A DNA stretch of 62,200 bases, filler included, from Aduncisulcus paluster (Eukaryota), in NCBI GenBank assembly GCA_024181965.1. It is 3 parts of 3 records of this genome, joined end to end, with 100 filler letters (N's around TTAATTAATTAA, not from the genome) between each part and the next. Parts side by side here need not be neighbours in the genome. Positions count along the whole stretch, not along the records: positions 47,852 to 62,200 come from BQXS01010800.1; 2 more parts are not named here. The stretch is one strand, 5' to 3'. This document shows, one piece after another, positions 55,901 through 62,200 of this stretch. The notes beneath the pieces are model-generated. The model saw only the letters and a list, made by a program, of their open reading frames with translations. It did not search any database and was not told the DNA's origin. The translations under genes were made by a program, and so were the position numbers. Positions within the stretch are counted from its first letter, which is position 1. Each line of letters begins with the position of its first letter.

Positions 55901-58900
55901 TGAAGGGCTGATTTAAGCATCATTCGAAGGGAAAATGATGCCATCTTTCTAGATTCACCCTTGTTGATCTTACAGAACCTAAGGCATAATGAAAGAATCC
56001 TTTTTCGATCAATATATCGCACGAGACCAATCGTTGGTTTATCCAAGACACAATTTGTAAGAGATCGAAGGATAATTCGACAGAGAATCATTGTAGAATT
56101 AGTCGAATGTTTCTGAGCTTTGCCTGACTTTTCAAAGATCATGGTGATCAAATCAAGAAGAAGGAAAGAAAAAAAGTAAGGAGATATCGAGGATAATTTA
56201 AAATGGGGGAGCATTTCAATCTGTTGAGTTGGATATATCTGATTTGGGCGAATGAAAAACCAGCCTGGATGAATGGACGAAAGTTGAATGTATGAGGAAC
56301 CAGTGATAACATCCTCAAAGATATGTGTATGGTAAGGAATAAAACCAGTGGGCGTTAGACTGGGAATTGGTTTGCCAAGCTTCTTTCGTGACGAATAAGA
56401 CTGTGGGCGATGTGACATCCGGTTTGACAACCTCGAAGAAATGTATTTTCGAGCATGATCTTCGATATCGATTCGTTCACGAACTGACATCTCTTCACTA
56501 TATAATATCTGTGCATTATGGGATTTCTGTGCATTATCGGATGTCTGATGGTTAGATTTAGTTCTGTGTGACATTGGCACTGATTGTGCCCTTGGAATCC
56601 ATGTATGGCCAGGATTGAGATCATCCAATCCATATTTATGTAATATTTCACGGAGAGAAACTTCTGATATGAACATATACAGCACCAATAAACGAATTGT
56701 ACTGTCTGAGAATGACAAGAGGACTGACGACTGCACATGGTACAATGTTCGGAATAAAACAGACGGGATTGAGTCAAAATCAAGTGAATAGAAAAAGAGA
56801 AATGGGTAGAAACAGAGTAAAGGGAAGAAATTCGGGGGAGGTGGATCTATTTGATTGAGTAAAGCACTCTCATATGACAGACGGCATTCACTGATGGTTG
56901 ATCCAGACGTTGAGGAAGAGTTATGCGATGAAGTTGTGTGGTGGATCTGTTCTGTGTGATAGTCGGGGTAGTATGATTGTCTTCTTGGATCGTGTGTGGA
57001 TGCATCCTGTGAAGATATGGAGGAAGAAGGTTGTGTTGTGGAGGTGGTGGAAGGGAATGAGGATGATCTCACGCGGGAAGATTGTTCAATCGGTTTTGCC
57101 ATAAGGGGATTGGCAAGGGGAATTGAAGATGCAGCATCAAGACCNNNNNNNNNNNNNNNNNNNNCAATAAACGAATTGTACTGTCTGAGAATGACAAGAG
57201 GACTGACGACTGCACATGGTACAATGTTCGGAATAAAACAGACGGGATTGAGTCAAAATCAAGTGAATAGAAAAAGAGAAATGGGTAGAAACAGAGTAAA
57301 GGGAAGAAATTCGGGGGAGGTGGATCTATTTGATTGAGTAAAGCACTCTCATATGACAGACGGCATTCACTGATGGTTGATCCAGACGTTGAGGAAGAGT
57401 TATGCGATGAAGTTGTGTGGTGGATCTGTTCTGTGTGATAGTCGGGGTAGTATGATTGTCTTCTTGGATCGTGTGTGGATGCATCCTGTGAAGATATGGA
57501 GGAAGAAGGTTGTGTTGTGGAGGTTGTGGAAGGGAATGAGGATGATCTCACGCGGGAAGATTGTTCAATCGGTTTTGCCATAAGGGGATTGGCAAGGGGA
57601 ATTGAAGATGCAGCATCAAGACCAATAATGGACTCTTTCTCTCTATCTTCTGTGATAGATGTCATTGGGTGTACATCTTTGGATTGATCTTCAACAGGAT
57701 TGTCGTCATCGTTGACACTCCTTTGCATTGTAATGGCTGAAGGACAAGACCCTCCAACGTTACCCAGGGGGCCAGCGGGACAGATATGGGCATACAGTTC
57801 ATTCTGATGTTGAGACGGGAAGAAAGGGGCAGTATGATACGTATGAATAGGATTACTACTTGTTTTGCTGCTTTCTGCAGGATTAGACGATTGTAACTGT
57901 TCGTCAAGACTTGCTTGAAATTGATCTTTTGTTGTAGATATCACAGAGAAGTGGGTATCATCATAATGTTGTTTTCTTCGATGTTCAAGCTCAAATGCAT
58001 TGGCTCGTCTCTGCATCCATTGAATGCACGCTAATATATCATCATGGGTGAAAAAAGGGAAAGGGGCAGAGTTCATATCTGTTCGGTTAAAGACTTGTTT
58101 CATGACTTTTCGATATCGTGTTAATTGAACTCGGGATAACGACTTAAAATTACGTTGGTATTCGTTTTGAATATAATCGTCTTCATCGATGCTATCAATC
58201 TTCTGTTTGATCTCATGTTCATGCATTTTGAGAGCCTCAGAAGAAGGGAGAAACTCATCCCATCTTGACACATCTCCTTCACCCAATCCACAAATAGAAC
58301 AAACCGATTTTATCAGAATTTCATGTGCAGCGGTGCGAATATACATTGTTCGATACGTGAATATGAGGGAATTTATGATTTGAATAATTATGAAGATGCT
58401 GGTAGACATGATAACGATAGGAAGATGGTTAAGTTTCATAAGAGAAACACTATCTTCAATGCATCCGTAAAGCATATTATATTCACATTTGGAGTTTATA
58501 TTTAGAACATTATATTTAAAGTGCTTTGAGAAAGTCTGAACTATTGGAGTGAAGGAACTATCAAGATGTATCGAAATCATGCATGCACAACCGCATAAAC
58601 AGACAGAAAGGATAAAAAGCATGGCGATATTAACAAAGGTTTTGTAATAAGGCTGATGTAAAGCCACGTAGATGTTTAAAAGAAATAAGAGAATAAAACA
58701 GGCAATAAAACCAAGAGCTGGTTTGTTAAGAGAAAATATAATAATAATTCCCCAAGAAAATGCGTTTGATGAAAGAATTGGAAAAGAATAATCCCAGGAA
58801 GACACAATATTGGACGAAAATATCCTATCATCGAGCAATGTTGTCTCGATAGATGTAAACATGAATAGGAGGGCAAAAACAATTGATATAATAAGAAATA

Positions 58901-59459
58901 ATGAGAAAGTTGAAGAAATATTAAAACCATCTATATCCAAGTAAGCTACAGCAAACGACTGAACACGAGTAGTTTGGTAGAATCGCATGAGTAAAACAAG
59001 AATTGGAAGATAAAAAATTGGCAAAATAAAGGAATAGATTGCATAAAATATTCGTGTGAATATAATGGGAGTTGAATGTCGGATTCCTCGATGTGACCAG
59101 TACAAAAAAATGATGCATAGAGAGGACACCACAATGAAAATGCTTAAAATCGTATTTGAGGCATATATTCCACTAATATCATACATCCAGATAAATCTAA
59201 AGGCAAAAAAATCGAGAATAAACTCATAAATCTTGTTGAAATGCGTTACCAATAGATCATAGAATATTATGTTTAGCAGCTCTTAAACAAAGGGAAAAAA
59301 ACGACTGTAAATGAATTGTTATCAAATAAACAATAAAGAAAATTTAAACAACATACGAAATCCGATAAAGAAATACAAAACAATAGAAAAAAACTGATTT
59401 CGGAAGGTTAACCGGACATCCGTGGGATATACTTCAAATATAGTTTGTAATATTTGCAT
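49981..59459 (-). CDS. Giant multipass membrane protein (~2974 aa merged), TmcB/TmcC-like architecture; 2 exons (59459-59357, 59281-49981)
   Basis: N-terminal multi-TM bundle, long cytosolic region, then repeated TM pairs flanking large loops; 56686-57144 duplicated at 57165-57623; spliced/merged length 8925 nt is in frame; family label is inference. Confidence 0.8.
59282..59356 (-). other. Spliceosomal intron, 75 nt, phase 1
   Basis: GTATGTT...TTTAAG; joins MQILQTIF...FIGF to QLLNIIF in frame. Confidence 0.82.
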
Positions 59460-59809
59460 TCAGTAAGGTTAAAAATATTTGAATGGCTATATTGGTGACG
59501 AAAGGGCGAAATTGAAAATCGTTATCCCTGAAACATAATTTACAACTATTTTATGAATCGAAAATTGTACTTGTGATTAGTGTTAACTTCTAATTATTGT
59601 TGATAGTCAATTTATCAATACGTAATCATGGTAATGTCTCTATCGGTCCAATTTATTATAAGAATAGAATTTAATTTGGTGCAATGATAAAAAACAATCT
59701 TGATTAAATGCATTAAGATCGAACGATATGAATTTTATTTCTATTTAACTTAATAAATTTCTTTTGGCCTTTTGGTACAAAAATAACAATAAGAAACAAA
59801 AACAAAGAG

Positions 59810-61057
59810 ATGTTTCCACTTTCAATGCATCAATATAGATCACTACGAGCACTTCAGCCATTTAGAAGTGACACATATTTAGTGTTACGTTCTCCATCTC
59901 ATTATTATGCTTTACATACTCCAAAATCAATTGCTGGACGACTTGCTGTTATGTCATTTGAAGATGGAGTTGAAAGCGTTCTTTTATCGGACTCTTCTGA
60001 GTTGAAGAGAGAAATGCTTCCATTGGGTGAATTGAATGCGAAGTTATTCGATGATTCAATGTATGTAGCCGCTGGAGAAAGTCAAATTCATCCAGAAGAT
60101 TTATATGATTCACAGGTTAGAGTCCAATCGCAATATAATGTCTGTTTATGGAAAGTCGTGAATAGTATCAAAAATCTTCATATCCTTGACCCACATCCGT
60201 ATCCTATTAAATCCTTATGTGTCAGTCAGTTATTAATTCCATCTTCATCACCTGATTCATCTGTTTATAAACTTCCTATCGTGATTTCTGTCTGTTCTCA
60301 AATCTTGTGCATTTGGGATGCTGACCGTGGAGAATGTATTGGTTCTTGTTATGTTAATCAATGTACTAGTGGGCTTCTTGCGGCAAAACTTGAATCCGAC
60401 CCTGATAAATTCATCTTTCAACTCTGTTGTTGTGAAAGTGATAAAAAGCTTCGGATTATGAATGAAGCCGCTGAAAAAGAATTCATGGAGAAGAAGTTAT
60501 CTGTTCCTTCACCCTCTTCTTCGACTTCTTCATCTTCATCCTCTTCCTCTTCCTCATGTTCTAAAGAGTCATCGAAGCTCGCGTCAGCTAGTTGTTCCTC
60601 AGCCAATCCAAGTTCCACTGCCATGAAAAAGAAAGACAAGGATTATTCCTCGGCTTTTTGGATTGGGCTTGATATTTCCTCTTCGGATGAAGAGTCTGCT
60701 GGTCCTTCTCATTCGTTTTGTTTCATAAAAGTTGAGTTATGCAAGATATCCGAAGAAATTGTCAAAGATACAGGCAAAGTTGTTCCCAAAGTTTCCGTAA
60801 ATCTTTATTTGAAGCACGTAGATTTCTTGAAACCTGCTTTTCCCGTTGTTTCAATTCGGAAGGGAAATGTAAAGTGTTACTCAAGATATGTATCTATAAA
60901 TAGAACTGGAACAAAAGTTATCAGTGTTGAACGTTTCGGCATTGGAGCTAAATCTGTGTATGTGAAGATTTTTGATCTCTTGAAGTTCGAAGAAGTGACG
61001 ATTGGGGAGATCTCTTTTGAAAAACTTGAGGAAGAGTATATTTCTATCCGAAAATAG
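59810..61057 (+). CDS. Hypothetical protein with degenerate WD40-like strands and a poly-Ser tract
   Basis: VCLWKV, H..PIKSLCV, LCIWDADRGECI. Confidence 0.72.
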   Translation: MFPLSMHQYRSLRALQPFRSDTYLVLRSPSHYYALHTPKSIAGRLAVMSFEDGVESVLLSDSSELKREMLPLGELNAKLFDDSMYVAAGESQIHPEDLYDSQVRVQSQYNVCLWKVVNSIKNLHILDPHPYPIKSLCVSQLLIPSSSPDSSVYKLPIVISVCSQILCIWDADRGECIGSCYVNQCTSGLLAAKLESDPDKFIFQLCCCESDKKLRIMNEAAEKEFMEKKLSVPSPSSSTSSSSSSSSSSCSKESSKLASASCSSANPSSTAMKKKDKDYSSAFWIGLDISSSDEESAGPSHSFCFIKVELCKISEEIVKDTGKVVPKVSVNLYLKHVDFLKPAFPVVSIRKGNVKCYSRYVSINRTGTKVISVERFGIGAKSVYVKIFDLLKFEEVTIGEISFEKLEEEYISIRK

Positions 61058-61485
61058 ATCAATTCAAATTGAAGAACTGATAACACAATCTTTCAGGAAA
61101 ATTTCTTGAGGAAATATCCTTTCAAAAATGACAAGAAACAAACTTTTATTTTACGTTTTGAATTCAGTGATTCTTCATTTGGAAAGTAAGGGGAGAAAAG
61201 AAGTAAGAATATATTTTTCGCCGTTGGTCAACAATAATATCGTTATTCATCCTAAACGGGGTTTCAATTCTTTGTATCTTGAATCAAGACAAATATTAGA
61301 TCTAATAATAGATCCATAAACTCTTTGACACAAAATCCAATTGAGAGAAAAACAAAGTAAAATGTACAGTATTCTAATTAGAAATCAAATATTAATGATT
61401 ATAGTGATTAGACATAATGATTTAGACTACTCAACTAATACAAAATCAACAAAGTGTCGATACAGTATTTAGAATAGTTGAGAAC

Positions 61486-61506
61486 AGAGAGAGAGAGAGA
61501 GAGAGA
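61486..61506 (+). repeat. (AG)10 microsatellite
   Basis: agagagagagagagagagaga. Confidence 0.9.
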
Positions 61507-61881
61507 AGGGTAAATCTGCAACAATAATTGCAAGAACTTTCTCAAAAGATAAAAATAGATAGGTAAAAAACAAGGACCCTGAATATGGTTAAGATTGGCA
61601 GAATAAATTAAGAAAAAAACATTTCAGAATCGTTGAATTAAATTCAATTTGTAAAGAAAGGAAGGCGGACAAAAGGCAAGGTACTCTTTGCACATTAGAT
61701 AAAAACAATTCAAGCATATTTAGAGAAATATACAAGTGAATAAAGGAACGAAACAAACACCATCGAGAAGGAAATTAATAAATTGGATCAGAGAAATTGA
61801 GAAATATGTGCTAAAAATATAATTGTTTTGGGCATCAAAATATTCTATTTTTAGCGCATATTAGTGAGAAACAGAATTGAA

Positions 61882-62199
61882 TTAGATCGAAGTGACAGTG
61901 ACTTCCCTCCGAGATGTATTGTCCAGCTCCACAAGAGGCTTGAAAGCCTCATCAAGGGAATTTCTGAATACATCATCCATAGTTGTGAATTTGAGGGACC
62001 ACGATGACACATGGGCAATTTGGGAAGAGAGAGAAGCGTATTCGGATGATGCAAGAATAATCTCTCGATCTCTATCCTCTATTTCATCCTTCTCAGGCTG
62101 CTCTCTTTCTTCCTCTTCTTCTTCTTCCTTCTTTGGAACTTCTGTTTTTTTGAGTTGGCCAGCACCTCGGTTTCTTTCATGTTTTTCAAGAATATCGAT
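61882..62199 (-). CDS. 3' end of a gene entering from beyond the window
   Basis: Frame not in the ORF track: IDILEKHERNRGAGQLKKTEVPKKEEEEE...REVTVTSI* open for 106 codons to the TAA at 61882. Confidence 0.7.
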   Translation of the reverse strand: MDILEKHERNRGAGQLKKTEVPKKEEEEEEEREQPEKDEIEDRDREIILASSEYASLSSQIAHVSSWSLKFTTMDDVFRNSLDEAFKPLVELDNTSRREVTVTSI

Positions 62200-62200
62200 T

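Noticed and set aside
11126-57623. Six 230-460-bp direct repeats that look like tandem duplications or LTRs
   Set aside because: Each pair flanks exactly 20 Ns, and collapsing them restores single reading frames in four genes; these are unmerged contig overlaps.
61851-62054. ORF-track 67-aa protein
   Set aside because: Wrong frame; the overlapping frame 62199-61882 is open from the window edge and is more protein-like.
1-62200. Alternative genetic code (TAA/TAG=Gln)
   Set aside because: Conserved genes end at TAA or TGA at expected positions, and long ORFs translate cleanly in the standard code.

Overview
Gene-dense, AT-rich, intron-poor eukaryotic (protist) draft scaffold in the standard genetic code. 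An expanded 'PIPRD...KKYEF...W.FLP.D...VVLCEI' domain family and short GTATG(T/A)...AG introns suggest a free-living fornicate such as Aduncisulcus (inference from recall, not verified). About 27 protein-coding loci: PARG, a Trk-type K+ transporter, a Myb protein, a GlpT-like MFS carrier, cyclin B, eIF2alpha, eIF4A, ARL2, an LRRC9-like LRR/pseudo-PARP protein, MYG1 with a C-terminal TM, a ~3000-aa multipass membrane protein, and several orphans. Five 5'-proximal spliceosomal introns missed by the ORF track were reconstructed by hand and restore reading frames. Six 20-N gaps with duplicated flanks and two 100-nt TTAATTAATTAA linker gaps are assembly artefacts. The most unusual signal is non-coding: intergenic DNA repeatedly carries abutting short perfect inverted repeats with a 1-nt centre. 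These include three 25-nt twin-palindrome elements with identical geometry (TACTA-N7-TAGTA) whose arms differ in sequence but keep their pairing. No tRNA, rRNA, CRISPR array or recognisable transposon was seen.
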